Below are positions 50,003 through 59,988 of a stretch of DNA of 64,000 bases, piece after piece. The position numbers and the translations under genes were made by a program. Numbering within the stretch: position 1 is the first letter of the stretch; the number at the start of each line of letters is the position of its first letter. The notes under the pieces were generated by a model. That model saw nothing but the letters and a program-made list of their open reading frames with translations, made no database searches and was not told where the DNA came from. This DNA comes from Candidatus Poseidoniia archaeon (lineage in GTDB: Archaea > Thermoplasmatota > Poseidoniia > MGIII > CG-Epi1): contig JASMLC010000005.1 in NCBI GenBank assembly GCA_030748895.1, positions 35,517-99,516 of the forward strand, read 5' to 3'.

Positions 50003-50872
50003 ATGGGAATCGAGATAGAAACACCCGAAACGACCGAAGACCTCCTACAGATAATCAACCGGAATATCAACGGTAATTTCAGATTCGGCGCAGGATATAC
50101 TGACCTAGTTCTTGAGTTGAAGCAGGAACCACAAAAAGACTTGCTGATAATCAATTTGGCCCAGATGGATGACAGTGATTTTACAACAATTCAATTCGTA
50201 GATGAAGGCATCAGAATTGGAGCTTTAACAACTATTGCTGAAATCATGACGGACAAGAAAGTTCGCCATCGGGCACCTGTTGTGGTTCAGGCAGCGGAAA
50301 ACTTTGCCTCACGCCAGATTCGAGAGGTTGCTACTGTGGGCGGAAACATTTGCACAGCTTCTCCTGCTGGAGACATGTCATGTGCTTTGACAGCTCTGGA
50401 AGCAAGCTGCGAGATACTGAATGTAGAGGGAGATGTGCGTTCCGTCCCAATTGCAGAATTTTTTTCGGGTGTCAAACAGACTGTCTTGAGGGCAGAAGAA
50501 GTTTTGCGGAGTGTGGTTTTCCCCTTGAACAGAACTGAGGACATCGTGCACTCTCGTTTCGTCAAGGTTGGTGTCAGAAACGCGATGGAGATAGCTATCG
50601 TATCTCTTGCGTTCCATGTACTGGCGAACAATGATGGAAATGTCACATCGTCAGGTGTGGCCATTGGCTCTGTGGCCCCGACAATCAAGTTTGCAAGATC
50701 TGCCTGCGATTTCTTAGCAGGCAAAAATCATTCCCGTTTAACAAACAATGAACGTGAAAAATTTGCCACTATGGTGCTCGATTGTGCCAGTCCAATCACG
50801 GATCTGCGCGCCTCGGAATGGTACCGCCGAGAAGTACTTTGGAATATCTGCAGGGACATCTTTAATGATTGA
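50003..50872 (+). CDS. FAD-binding medium subunit (CoxM/XdhB-like), no FeS insertion
   Basis: Start taken at MGIEIETP immediately after the large-subunit stop. FAD-binding GxxGGN region. Confidence 0.7.
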   Translation: MGIEIETPETTEDLLQIINRNINGNFRFGAGYTDLVLELKQEPQKDLLIINLAQMDDSDFTTIQFVDEGIRIGALTTIAEIMTDKKVRHRAPVVVQAAENFASRQIREVATVGGNICTASPAGDMSCALTALEASCEILNVEGDVRSVPIAEFFSGVKQTVLRAEEVLRSVVFPLNRTEDIVHSRFVKVGVRNAMEIAIVSLAFHVLANNDGNVTSSGVAIGSVAPTIKFARSACDFLAGKNHSRLTNNEREKFATMVLDCASPITDLRASEWYRREVLWNICRDIFND

Positions 50873-50956
50873 ATTGAAAGAGAATCTATACACAAGCTCA
50901 AAGACACCACTTAGTAGAGTGTGGTATGTGTATGACGTGAAATTTTTTGGTGAACC

Positions 50957-52975
50957 ATGAGTTACCGTTACAAAACCTTATCCATATCTAAGCTTTCGAT
51001 AATCGGTGCTGGTCAGATAGGGCCTGATATATGCCTGCACTTTTCGAAAGTGTTTTCGAAAAGCAGTGTTGAACTGATCCTGGTTGATATATCTAATGAC
51101 GCACTTTCGAATGCAAAGACCAGAATAGAAAAGAAAATCCAAAGAGGTGTTGAAAGCGGTGCGTTCAGACCAGCAATGGCTGAAACAATGAGGAACAGTA
51201 TATCGTATACCACAGATTATCAGGCAATCGCAGGTTCGGCAGTAGTTCTGGAAGCTGCCACAGAGGACGAAAAAATAAAAAAAATAATTTTCAGCCAAGT
51301 CGAAGAGATTTGTGGAGAAAAATGCCTGTTCCTGTCAAATTCGTCTCACATGCGCCCGGAAGTAATTTTTCAGAATATTGTCGAAAAAGAACGCTGCCTT
51401 GTCACTCACTACTTTTTCCCAGCTGAACGCAACCCTGTTGTAGAAATAGTACCTGGTGCAGACACTAGCGAAACAATTACCACTTCGCTTATGGAGTTCT
51501 ATGAAGCTATCGGAAAGGTTCCCATCAGGGTGAAAAGTTCCTACGGTTACGCTATCGACCCTATTTTTGAAGGACTTTGCCAGATGGCTATTTTATGCCT
51601 TGAAAAGGGATATGGCACCGTAAAGGAGATTGATGCTGCCGCCTGCAAGGCACTGGGACTGGGTGTGGGCCCCTTCACTGCGTTGACCCTGACGGGGGGA
51701 AACCCCATCACTGACCATGGTCTGGATGAAATGAACCATGAACTCATGCCTTGGTTTAAGTCACCCAAGACACTGCAAGAAGAGGTCAGAAATGGTACTA
51801 GTTGGGAGATTGCCCAACGGGGCGAGGAAGTGAACATTGCCTCGGAAAAGGAGGCCATTTTGGAAAAACAATTTCTCGGCGCTTATTTTGCACTCTCTTC
51901 CTTCATTATAGATAAGGGAATCAGCAATGTTAATGATCTTGATATGGCGTGTGAGATAGCGTTGGTAATGAAAGCTCCTTTTACTCTAATGAATAAACTC
52001 GGTCTCAACAATGTTTACCAGCTTGTTGAAGATTTTTGCAATGAGCAGGATGGATTTTCCATTCCAGCATCGCTCGAAGCTGCGCGGGCAGCAGGAAAAT
52101 GGGAGATTTCCCGAATAGTAAAAAAACTGGAAGGTCGGGTCGCAGTCTTTACTATCCGGCGTCCGAAAGTTTTGAACGCACTTAATCTTGGTGTAATTGC
52201 TGAACTGGAGAAAGGTTTGCTTGAAGCTGAAAAAGATACGTCGGTTATCGGTTCGGTCATCACTGGTTTTGGTGTAAAGGCATTTGTTTCGGGAGCAGAT
52301 ATCAACATGCTTGCCTCTCTGAAGACCGCTGATCAAGGATACGAAAATGCACGCCGCTTTCAGACTGTATTCAGTCGAATTCAGGCTCTTGGAAAACCTG
52401 TTGTTTGTGCCATGAACGGATTTGCTTTCGGCGGCGGAAATGAACTGGCCATGTCCTGTAGTGCCCGAATATGTCGGAAAGGATTAGCTGTTCTAGTCAG
52501 ACAGCCAGAGGTTAATCTTGGTTTCATCCCTGGTGCTGGTGCTACACAGAGACTGCCACGGCTGGTGGGGGTCGACATAGCAGCAGAAATATTGCGAACA
52601 GGCCGCACTATTTCCTCTAAGGAAGCAACCGAAATTGGCTTAGTCCACAAGGAAGTGGAAAGTGACTTAATCGAAGCTGCAATTTTTCTGGTGGGACAAC
52701 TGGCAGATGGGGCTCTGGAACTCGCACCTATAGCTGAACACCCTCTCAGCCAAAGTGGCGATATTCCCGACTTGGACATTGGCCATCTGAGCCAGAAGAT
52801 AGACTCCCTAATCACTGAGGCGATCTATGGAGGGAGCAAAATGACCTTGGATGCAGGACTCGACTTCGAAGCGCAGCTTTTCGGGCAGTGTCTCGAAACC
52901 AAAGATATGAAAATTGGTTTAGCAAATTTCCTGACTAACGGCCCGAGAGCAAAAGCAAAATTTGTGCACAAGTAG
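50957..52975 (+). CDS. bifunctional 3-hydroxyacyl-CoA dehydrogenase (N-terminal) / enoyl-CoA hydratase (C-terminal)
   Basis: IIGAGQIG Rossmann plus 3HCDH C-domain, then a crotonase fold (AMNGFAFGGGNELAMSC); 672 aa. Confidence 0.8.
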   Translation: MSYRYKTLSISKLSIIGAGQIGPDICLHFSKVFSKSSVELILVDISNDALSNAKTRIEKKIQRGVESGAFRPAMAETMRNSISYTTDYQAIAGSAVVLEAATEDEKIKKIIFSQVEEICGEKCLFLSNSSHMRPEVIFQNIVEKERCLVTHYFFPAERNPVVEIVPGADTSETITTSLMEFYEAIGKVPIRVKSSYGYAIDPIFEGLCQMAILCLEKGYGTVKEIDAAACKALGLGVGPFTALTLTGGNPITDHGLDEMNHELMPWFKSPKTLQEEVRNGTSWEIAQRGEEVNIASEKEAILEKQFLGAYFALSSFIIDKGISNVNDLDMACEIALVMKAPFTLMNKLGLNNVYQLVEDFCNEQDGFSIPASLEAARAAGKWEISRIVKKLEGRVAVFTIRRPKVLNALNLGVIAELEKGLLEAEKDTSVIGSVITGFGVKAFVSGADINMLASLKTADQGYENARRFQTVFSRIQALGKPVVCAMNGFAFGGGNELAMSCSARICRKGLAVLVRQPEVNLGFIPGAGATQRLPRLVGVDIAAEILRTGRTISSKEATEIGLVHKEVESDLIEAAIFLVGQLADGALELAPIAEHPLSQSGDIPDLDIGHLSQKIDSLITEAIYGGSKMTLDAGLDFEAQLFGQCLETKDMKIGLANFLTNGPRAKAKFVHK

Positions 52976-53004
52976 AGAAGGCAACACTTACTTTTAGAAA
53001 CTAC

Positions 53005-55122
53005 ATGAGATACAAACTTGGTATAGATGTGGGCGGAACATTCACGGATTTCTTCCTTGTTTCCGCTAAAGGTGAAATGGTAATACACAAGACACTGTCT
53101 ACACCGGAGGATTCCTCTATTGGTTTCATTACAGGGATAAAGGAATTAGGAAAAAAGCTCCACAAAGATGCCTCAGAATTTATCTCGAGCATCGATACCA
53201 TAGTACATGGAACTACGGTTGCCACTAATGCACTCCTTACGGCTCAGGGGGCGAAAACTGCCCTGATAACGACACTCGGTATGCGAGATGCCCTAGAAAT
53301 GCGACGCGGCATCCGGGAAGAGCAGTACAACAACCACTATCGAAATGTCACACCACTTGTTCCAAGATATCTCAGGCTAGTAGTAAATGAACGAATTGAT
53401 TCCGAAGGTAACGTACAGACTCCATTAAACAAATCCGATTTGGACTCACTAATTGAGAGGTTGAAAGATGAACAAGTAGAGGCTGTTGCAGTCTGTTTCA
53501 TGAATTCCTACATGAACGAAATGCATGAGAGACAGGCTACAGAGTATCTGAGGGACCGCTTAGATAGTGTATTCATTACCGGCTCTTATGAAGTGCTACC
53601 ATCCATCCGATTCTATGAGCGGTTGAGCACCACGGTTGTGAATGCTTGCATCGGTGTACTGGTTGACAAATATCTCCAGTCCCTTCTAGAGAAACTGAAA
53701 GATTTAAAGTTCGGAGGGAGTCTCCTGATAATGCAATCCAATGGAGGTGTAGTGACCCCGGAAGTTGCACGAAAAATACCAGCAGTGACGGTCTTGTCTG
53801 GTCCAGCTGCCGCTCCAGTCGCAGGAGCATATTACGCAGGGATTTTAGGATACAATAATTGCATAACCATTGATATGGGTGGGACCAGTTTCGATGCCAG
53901 TATGGTGGTGGAGAGGGAATGTGTAACCAGTACAGATGGAGAAATCAATCGCTATAGGGTCGCCCTCCCAACCCTTGACATTGTAACCATTGGGGCTGGA
54001 GGCGGCAGCATCGGTTGGATAAACCGTGGCGGCTTGCTACAGATGGGGCCCCAGAGCGCCGGTTCGCGACCTGGCCCTGTGTGTTACAACCAAGGTGGTG
54101 AAGAACTGACTTGTACTGATGCTGACCTGATCCTTGGTTATCTTGATCCAGATTTCTTTGCTGGGGGAAAATACAAGTTGGATGCTGAAAAAGCCCTCGA
54201 ACAAACAGGCGTAGAACTTGCCCAGCCCCTTAATCTCTCTACTGTCGAGACCGCTGCAGGCATGTATCGCGTCATCAACACGAATATGGCCCAAGGTGTT
54301 CGCCAAGTCTCTGTAGAGAGAGGATATGATCCAAGGGAATTCTTGATGATTGTGGCTGGAGGAGCTGGCCCCATTCATGCTGGAGAAATCTGTCGTGAGT
54401 TGGAAATACCGATGTTCGTGGTGCCTGATGTTGCACCGATCTTCTGTGCTACCGGCATGCTGCTAGGAGACCTGAAATACGATTTTGTCAGGTCGTACAT
54501 TACCAGGCTTTCTGAAATCGACAAAGATTCTTTTCTCGAGGTCCTCGGAGAACTGATAGCTGAGTGCGAACTTACCATGTCAAAAGAAGGGATTGCCAAA
54601 GAATGCGTTCAACTACAGCCTTCATTGGATTTGCGCTATGTGGGACAGTATCATGAAGTGCCACTTCCTACGAGCATGGATGATATAGCATCATTCAATT
54701 TGGAGAGAATCCAACGTGAATTTCACAAGGAACACAACCGCCAGTTTGGATATTCACTTGAACAGGAAGGGACTGAACTGGAGATTATCAACCTCCGTCT
54801 CAGGGCAATTGGCGTCATCGAAAAGCCAAATCTTCCTGCCGAAATTGATAGTTCAACGCCGGTTCGAAATCCCAATACTGCACTGAAAGGCAGACGAAGA
54901 GCTTACGTGCCGGAAATAGATGAGCTGAAAGAAGTTCCGGTTTACGATGGAGATAAGCTAACGGAAAGATACACTATCGAAGGTCCTGCAATTATCGAGC
55001 AGGTCAATACTACGATTTTTCTGGGAAATTCCTACGATTGTGATAGTGGAATTGGGGGTTCGTTCATTGTATACAACCGAGATAAATATCCAGAGGGTTT
55101 CAGACTTGAGCCAACCAACTAA
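53005..55122 (+). CDS. hydantoinase A / oxoprolinase / acetone-carboxylase-beta family ATPase
   Basis: MRYKLGIDVGGTFTDF N-terminus, ASKHA fold repeats; 705 aa. Confidence 0.8.
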   Translation: MRYKLGIDVGGTFTDFFLVSAKGEMVIHKTLSTPEDSSIGFITGIKELGKKLHKDASEFISSIDTIVHGTTVATNALLTAQGAKTALITTLGMRDALEMRRGIREEQYNNHYRNVTPLVPRYLRLVVNERIDSEGNVQTPLNKSDLDSLIERLKDEQVEAVAVCFMNSYMNEMHERQATEYLRDRLDSVFITGSYEVLPSIRFYERLSTTVVNACIGVLVDKYLQSLLEKLKDLKFGGSLLIMQSNGGVVTPEVARKIPAVTVLSGPAAAPVAGAYYAGILGYNNCITIDMGGTSFDASMVVERECVTSTDGEINRYRVALPTLDIVTIGAGGGSIGWINRGGLLQMGPQSAGSRPGPVCYNQGGEELTCTDADLILGYLDPDFFAGGKYKLDAEKALEQTGVELAQPLNLSTVETAAGMYRVINTNMAQGVRQVSVERGYDPREFLMIVAGGAGPIHAGEICRELEIPMFVVPDVAPIFCATGMLLGDLKYDFVRSYITRLSEIDKDSFLEVLGELIAECELTMSKEGIAKECVQLQPSLDLRYVGQYHEVPLPTSMDDIASFNLERIQREFHKEHNRQFGYSLEQEGTELEIINLRLRAIGVIEKPNLPAEIDSSTPVRNPNTALKGRRRAYVPEIDELKEVPVYDGDKLTERYTIEGPAIIEQVNTTIFLGNSYDCDSGIGGSFIVYNRDKYPEGFRLEPTN

Positions 55123-55133
55123 AAGAGGGTGCA

Positions 55134-56819
55134 ATGGTAGATATTGACAGAATTCTTCTCTCGATTTTTCAACGGGCATTCAAATCCATTACGGATGAAA
55201 TGAGTATTTCACTGACCAAGACTACTCGCTCTCCAATCCTCTGCGAAGCAAAGGATTTCGTGACTGGACTTTATGACGCCGAAGGGCGGATGCTGGAGCA
55301 GACTGAAAATCTGCCGATTCTCTCATTTTCTTTGGGACCCGTTTGCAGAGTCATTCTAGAACAGTATGGTGAAGATATACATCCAGGAGATGTCATCATA
55401 CACAACGATGTGTTTTCCATGGGTAATCAGAACAACGACGTCGCTGTCTTCAAGCCCATTTTTTACGATGAGACCTTAATTGGCTGGGCTGCCGCGAAGG
55501 GGCACCAGGCAGACATTGGAGGGGCGGTGCAGGGAGGGTACAACCCAAACGCCACGGAAGTGTGGCAAGAAGCAATCCGAATCCCGGCTGTCAAAATCTA
55601 TGAAAAAGGGCAGCTGAGGGAGGATGTCTGGAATCTGATTTTTGCAAATATTCGGCTAGACATAGTTCAGGAAGACATTAAAGCCCAAGTTGGTGCTTGT
55701 ACACTGGGTGAGAGGAGGTTAAAAGCGCTGGCAGCAAAGTACGGTGTAGGGTGCTATGAAGCTCACAAGGAGAAACTTTTCAGTTCTACGGAAAAAATGA
55801 TGCGGAGTGAAATAGCCTCCATCCCCAATGGTATTTATGAGGGTGAGAGCATAGTATTCTATGACGGAAAGCATGAGGGAACTCAATTTACCGTGCGCGC
55901 AAAAATCACGGTTGAGGATGAAACTATCTGCTTTGATTTCTCCAAATCATCTCCCCAGACAAAAGGTTTCGTGAACGGCACCTACACATCTACATGCTCA
56001 GCCATCACGCTTACATTCCTCCAGATGATTAACCCAGATATTCCACATAATGAAGGAATGATAAAACCACTGCGTTATGTTGTGCCTGAAGGCATAATCC
56101 TGAACGCTGCCTATCCTGCAGCCACTACATTCGGAAATCATCTATGCCCACAAGTAGCCGATTCCATTTTCAAGGCCCTAAGTCTGGCAATTCCAGAACG
56201 CGTCACTGCGGGGTGGAATCATCTTTTGTGTTCGCTTTTTACAGGTGTTCACCCTGGAACAGACGAAAAATATGTAGACATCTGCTTCCTCGGCATGAAG
56301 GGTGGTTCAGGGGCATTGCATCAGTCAGACGGCTACGATCATATTGGTATGATAGACGCCTCAGGAGGTGTGCTTGATCAGGACTATGAAATGTTCGAGC
56401 GGCAAACACCGCATAAATTGATGCGGCATGAGTATCTAAAAGATTCCGCCGGAGCGGGAAAGTGGCGAGGAGGTCTGGGCGTGATAACTGAAATTGAGTT
56501 GGGTGGTAATAACACCACCATGGTAGTTTTCGGGGATGGCGACATAAAACCACCCTACGGCCTATTTGGAGGCAAGGAGAGTATCCTGAACAGAATTTGC
56601 CTCACTTACGCCGATGGGAAAGAAGTCGTACCCATGAGTAAGGATATGATTGAGGGAATACCGGCTGGTACAGTCTACCATCAGGTCGCCAGTGGTGGTG
56701 GCGGATATGGAAAACCTGAGGAGAGAAGACGTGAAAAAGTGTTGAGAGACGTGCGGGACGAGGTAGTCTCGCAGAAGCAGGCTGAAGAGATATATAAGGT
56801 CAAATCTGATGCGGACTGA
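55134..56819 (+). CDS. hydantoinase B / oxoprolinase family subunit
   Basis: 561 aa; HyuB family conserved core. Confidence 0.75.
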   Translation: MVDIDRILLSIFQRAFKSITDEMSISLTKTTRSPILCEAKDFVTGLYDAEGRMLEQTENLPILSFSLGPVCRVILEQYGEDIHPGDVIIHNDVFSMGNQNNDVAVFKPIFYDETLIGWAAAKGHQADIGGAVQGGYNPNATEVWQEAIRIPAVKIYEKGQLREDVWNLIFANIRLDIVQEDIKAQVGACTLGERRLKALAAKYGVGCYEAHKEKLFSSTEKMMRSEIASIPNGIYEGESIVFYDGKHEGTQFTVRAKITVEDETICFDFSKSSPQTKGFVNGTYTSTCSAITLTFLQMINPDIPHNEGMIKPLRYVVPEGIILNAAYPAATTFGNHLCPQVADSIFKALSLAIPERVTAGWNHLLCSLFTGVHPGTDEKYVDICFLGMKGGSGALHQSDGYDHIGMIDASGGVLDQDYEMFERQTPHKLMRHEYLKDSAGAGKWRGGLGVITEIELGGNNTTMVVFGDGDIKPPYGLFGGKESILNRICLTYADGKEVVPMSKDMIEGIPAGTVYHQVASGGGGYGKPEERRREKVLRDVRDEVVSQKQAEEIYKVKSDAD

Positions 56820-56825
56820 AAGCAT

Positions 56826-57323
56826 ATGAACTACACACTCGAACAGAGATTCAAGGCACTCTGTCAGATTAGTAGAGCGACTTTCTTCGAATGGAGAGAA
56901 ACCTTCATGAAAATGTATCCCGAAAGGTCGCCCATGGATGCTGTACTGCAATACTGGGAGATTGCAGGACACGATACGGCCAAAGCCTATCTTCGAAAAG
57001 TGGAAAGGGACAAGCCTGTCTCACCCCAGATTGCCCAGATGATAGTGGATAGTTCCCTCTCCATGGGTGAAAGTGCACGCGTCGTTGACAATGATGACGA
57101 GGTCAGCGTTATTCATGATGTGTGCCCGTGGCATGACTGGCACGTCAAGTTTGATGCTGTGGAGGAAGATCAGCCTGGCTGCGACTGCTGGTTCAAGACA
57201 ATTACAACTGATTTCAACCGTGAACTGGGTACTGATATAGAGGTGGAAACGGTAAGTTCAATACCAGCCGGCGATGAGCGTTGTGAAAGAATTTTCAGGG
57301 AGAAGGATTCGGATCGTGAGTAG
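56826..57323 (+). CDS. small Cys/His-containing protein, candidate third (gamma-like) subunit of the hydantoinase-type enzyme
   Basis: 165 aa, immediately downstream of HyuB; CPWHDWH and CDCW motifs. Confidence 0.35.
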   Translation: MNYTLEQRFKALCQISRATFFEWRETFMKMYPERSPMDAVLQYWEIAGHDTAKAYLRKVERDKPVSPQIAQMIVDSSLSMGESARVVDNDDEVSVIHDVCPWHDWHVKFDAVEEDQPGCDCWFKTITTDFNRELGTDIEVETVSSIPAGDERCERIFREKDSDRE

Positions 57324-58260
57324 CTTTTTCCGCCCAGCCACAGTCAAGGAGGCCCTTTCTCTGGCATCAGACCGGCCGGGAAAGTGTGTATATTTTGGGG
57401 GTGGAACCGACCTGCTGATTTACCGGAAACATAAACTGGTAAATGAGGAAACTATCATTGACCTGAGCGAACTCGTGGATACCTCTGCGTTTAAGGTTGA
57501 CAGAAATTCGCTAAGACTTGGAGCTGCCATTACTCTGGATGACATCGCTACTTGCTCAGAGATTAAGAATCATTTTCCGATACTAATTGAAGCTGCTAAG
57601 TCTGTGGCAACACCAGTAATCAGAAAAACTGCTACCCTTGGCGGCAATTTGTTGGTTAACAACCGTTGCACATTCTACAACCAGTCACAGGAATGGCGGG
57701 ATGCAATTGGCTCCTGTATAAGGGATGTAGGAGATATATGCCTAGTAACCGGAGGAAAGGGTAAGTGCTTTTCCCGAAATGTGTCAGATACGGCGCCGGC
57801 TCTGATTGCCCTTGGTGCCACAGTTAAGATTCAGTCCCAGAAGGGGAAAAAACAAATCAACCTGAAAGATGTTTATGTTCCGGATGGGATTAATTTCCAC
57901 CAGCATCTGGGTGACAATGCAATCCTGACTGATATCCAGGTTTCAGAAAAGCCGGCAAGCTGGTGGTTCCGGAAACTCCGCTTACGGAAAACACTGGACT
58001 TCACTTCTCTGACAGTCGCTGCGACAGTCAATAGTGGCGGCGTTGCCCGGGTCTGTCTGAATGGAGTGTCCATGTCACCTGTTCTCATCGAGGAATCTCT
58101 CGTAGACCTGACATTGGAAAGTCTCGTCAAGGCAGCTCGGAAGAATTGTAAGACAGTTAACAATGACCTCATGCCATTGAAATACCGCCGACAGATGATT
58201 GACCTGTTTCTTCGGGACTGGTGGAAAAGCATCGATCAGAGCCTTCCCAAAAACAAATGA
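57313..58260 (+). CDS. FAD-binding medium subunit with a 4-Cys inserted loop (HcrB-like; FAD + putative [4Fe-4S])
   Basis: Start probably GTG at 57313 (MSSFFRPATVKEAL..). After the GGN motif there is an insertion, absent from the 50003 paralog, with spacing C-x15-C-x7-C-x8-C. Confidence 0.65.
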   Translation: MVSSFFRPATVKEALSLASDRPGKCVYFGGGTDLLIYRKHKLVNEETIIDLSELVDTSAFKVDRNSLRLGAAITLDDIATCSEIKNHFPILIEAAKSVATPVIRKTATLGGNLLVNNRCTFYNQSQEWRDAIGSCIRDVGDICLVTGGKGKCFSRNVSDTAPALIALGATVKIQSQKGKKQINLKDVYVPDGINFHQHLGDNAILTDIQVSEKPASWWFRKLRLRKTLDFTSLTVAATVNSGGVARVCLNGVSMSPVLIEESLVDLTLESLVKAARKNCKTVNNDLMPLKYRRQMIDLFLRDWWKSIDQSLPKNK

Positions 58261-59384
58261 ACGAACTCGAACAGATAATAAAGGCTTACCAACAGTGCCG
58301 CGATTCTGGTAAATCTTCTGTTTTGGCAACGTTGGTAAAAGTGCAGGGCTCTCATTACCGGAAACCGGGTGCCCAAGCCTTGATAGTCGAATCTGGGGAA
58401 TTTGTGGGCAACATCAGTGGTGGTTGCCTGGAAACAGACTTGCTACATCATGCGGAAAAAGCACTCTCGACTGGAGAAATATTACTGATGAAATATGATA
58501 CTTCGTCACCTGAGGACATAGTATTCGGACTTGGGATTGGTTGTGGCGGCGAAGTTGATATTTTGCTCGAGCCAGTATCTGTTAATAAATCTCATTTTTT
58601 CCTAGAACATATTGGCCGTCTGATTGAACAGGACTCCTCGGTCAGGTCGGTTGTTATTCACAGGTCCGGGAACAAAAAAGAGGTGGGAAACAGACTATTT
58701 CTGGCTGAGGACAATCGATTGATTACGGATATAGTCTCCCAGACTACCATTGAGACAATTCAGTCCTTGGTAAGAAAAATGCCGGTCGGTTCTAACAGTG
58801 CGAACCAGATTTCACTCACGGAGTTGGGCGAGATGGAAATTTTTTCCAATGTCATTTGCCCACCCATTAACTTGCTGGTAATTGGTGCTGGGAGCGATGC
58901 ACTGCCACTAGTATCCTTTGCGAAACGCCTCGGTTGGCGAGTTACCGTTACAGACCATCGTCCTGCATACCTTACCGAAGAGAAATTTCCCGACGCAGAC
59001 AACCTAGTTCAGGCTGCATCTGAGAACTTGGTCAATAGCGTAAATCTCTCCAAAGTCGATGCTGCAGTAATCCTTACGCACAACTATCTCCGTGACGCCA
59101 AATTGTTGAAAATACTGCTACCGGTGGGTTTGGATTATCTTGGGCTTCTTGGTACAAAAATCCGCACTGATAACCTCCTGAAAGAAGTTGAATTGGCAGA
59201 AGTAATGAGTATTTCAGACGCAAGGAAAAGACTCCACTCCCCGGTTGGACTGGATATCGGCAGCGAAACTCCGGCTGAAATAGCACTATCAATAGTATCG
59301 GAGATACAGGCAATCCTGAGCAAGAGTGCAGGAGACGTCCTGAAAAGTCCAGAGATAATGGAACTCAATGTCGCCAGATTCTGA
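58257..59384 (+). CDS. XdhC/CoxI family molybdenum-hydroxylase maturation protein
   Basis: XdhC_CoxI N-domain and Rossmann-like C-domain (LLVIGAGSDALPL); ATGA overlap with upstream gene. Confidence 0.75.
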   Translation: MNELEQIIKAYQQCRDSGKSSVLATLVKVQGSHYRKPGAQALIVESGEFVGNISGGCLETDLLHHAEKALSTGEILLMKYDTSSPEDIVFGLGIGCGGEVDILLEPVSVNKSHFFLEHIGRLIEQDSSVRSVVIHRSGNKKEVGNRLFLAEDNRLITDIVSQTTIETIQSLVRKMPVGSNSANQISLTELGEMEIFSNVICPPINLLVIGAGSDALPLVSFAKRLGWRVTVTDHRPAYLTEEKFPDADNLVQAASENLVNSVNLSKVDAAVILTHNYLRDAKLLKILLPVGLDYLGLLGTKIRTDNLLKEVELAEVMSISDARKRLHSPVGLDIGSETPAEIALSIVSEIQAILSKSAGDVLKSPEIMELNVARF

Positions 59385-59988
59385 CGGCAGACTGGATATA
59401 TGTGCCATCATACTGGCAGCAGGCTCTTCCGAACGGCTAGGAGTTCCAAAACAGTTACTTCCCTATAGAGATACAACTCTTCTTGGTCACACTATCCGGT
59501 GTGTCATGGCCTCAAAATGCAGTGAAGTTATTGTAGTGCTGGGCGCCCATGCTCCATCCATCCACGGCAGTATTTTTGAGCTCCCAGTACATCCGGTACA
59601 GAATAAATATTGGAGGTCCGGGATAGCTTCCTCTATCCGAACAGGACTGGAGGAAATGGAAGTAATTAACAATAATACACGCGCAGCCCTGTTTCTGGTC
59701 TGCGACCAGCCCTTTCTAACAGCGAAAGTCATTGACTCGCTCATTGATCTGTTCCTATCTGGGTATACGATTACCGCTAGCGATTATGACGGAATCTTGG
59801 GTGTTCCAGCCCTCTTTGAAAAACAATATTTCCCCGAGCTAAAAATGCTGAGTAATGATTCTGGAGCGAAAAAAATCCTACATAATCGCGCGGAGAAGAT
59901 CGGGGCAGTCCTTTTCCCTCAGGGTGGGATTGACGTGGACAGACCCGGTGACCTACCGGATAATCTGGAATCAAGTCATACCTCGTGA
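59368..59988 (+). CDS. MobA-like NTP transferase; molybdenum cofactor cytidylyl/guanylyl-transferase (MocA/MobA)
   Basis: ILAAGSSERLG N-terminal motif; 206 aa; last gene of the island. Confidence 0.7.
   Translation: MSPDSDGRLDICAIILAAGSSERLGVPKQLLPYRDTTLLGHTIRCVMASKCSEVIVVLGAHAPSIHGSIFELPVHPVQNKYWRSGIASSIRTGLEEMEVINNNTRAALFLVCDQPFLTAKVIDSLIDLFLSGYTITASDYDGILGVPALFEKQYFPELKMLSNDSGAKKILHNRAEKIGAVLFPQGGIDVDRPGDLPDNLESSHTS

Noticed and set aside
16172-59744. Minus-strand ORFs of 60-190 aa scattered through the island (e.g. 27919-28482, 38450-38833, 50287-50724, 51986-52336)
   Set aside because: All are antisense to + strand genes with strong family signatures, have no motifs, and break the otherwise perfect co-directionality. 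Considered spurious.
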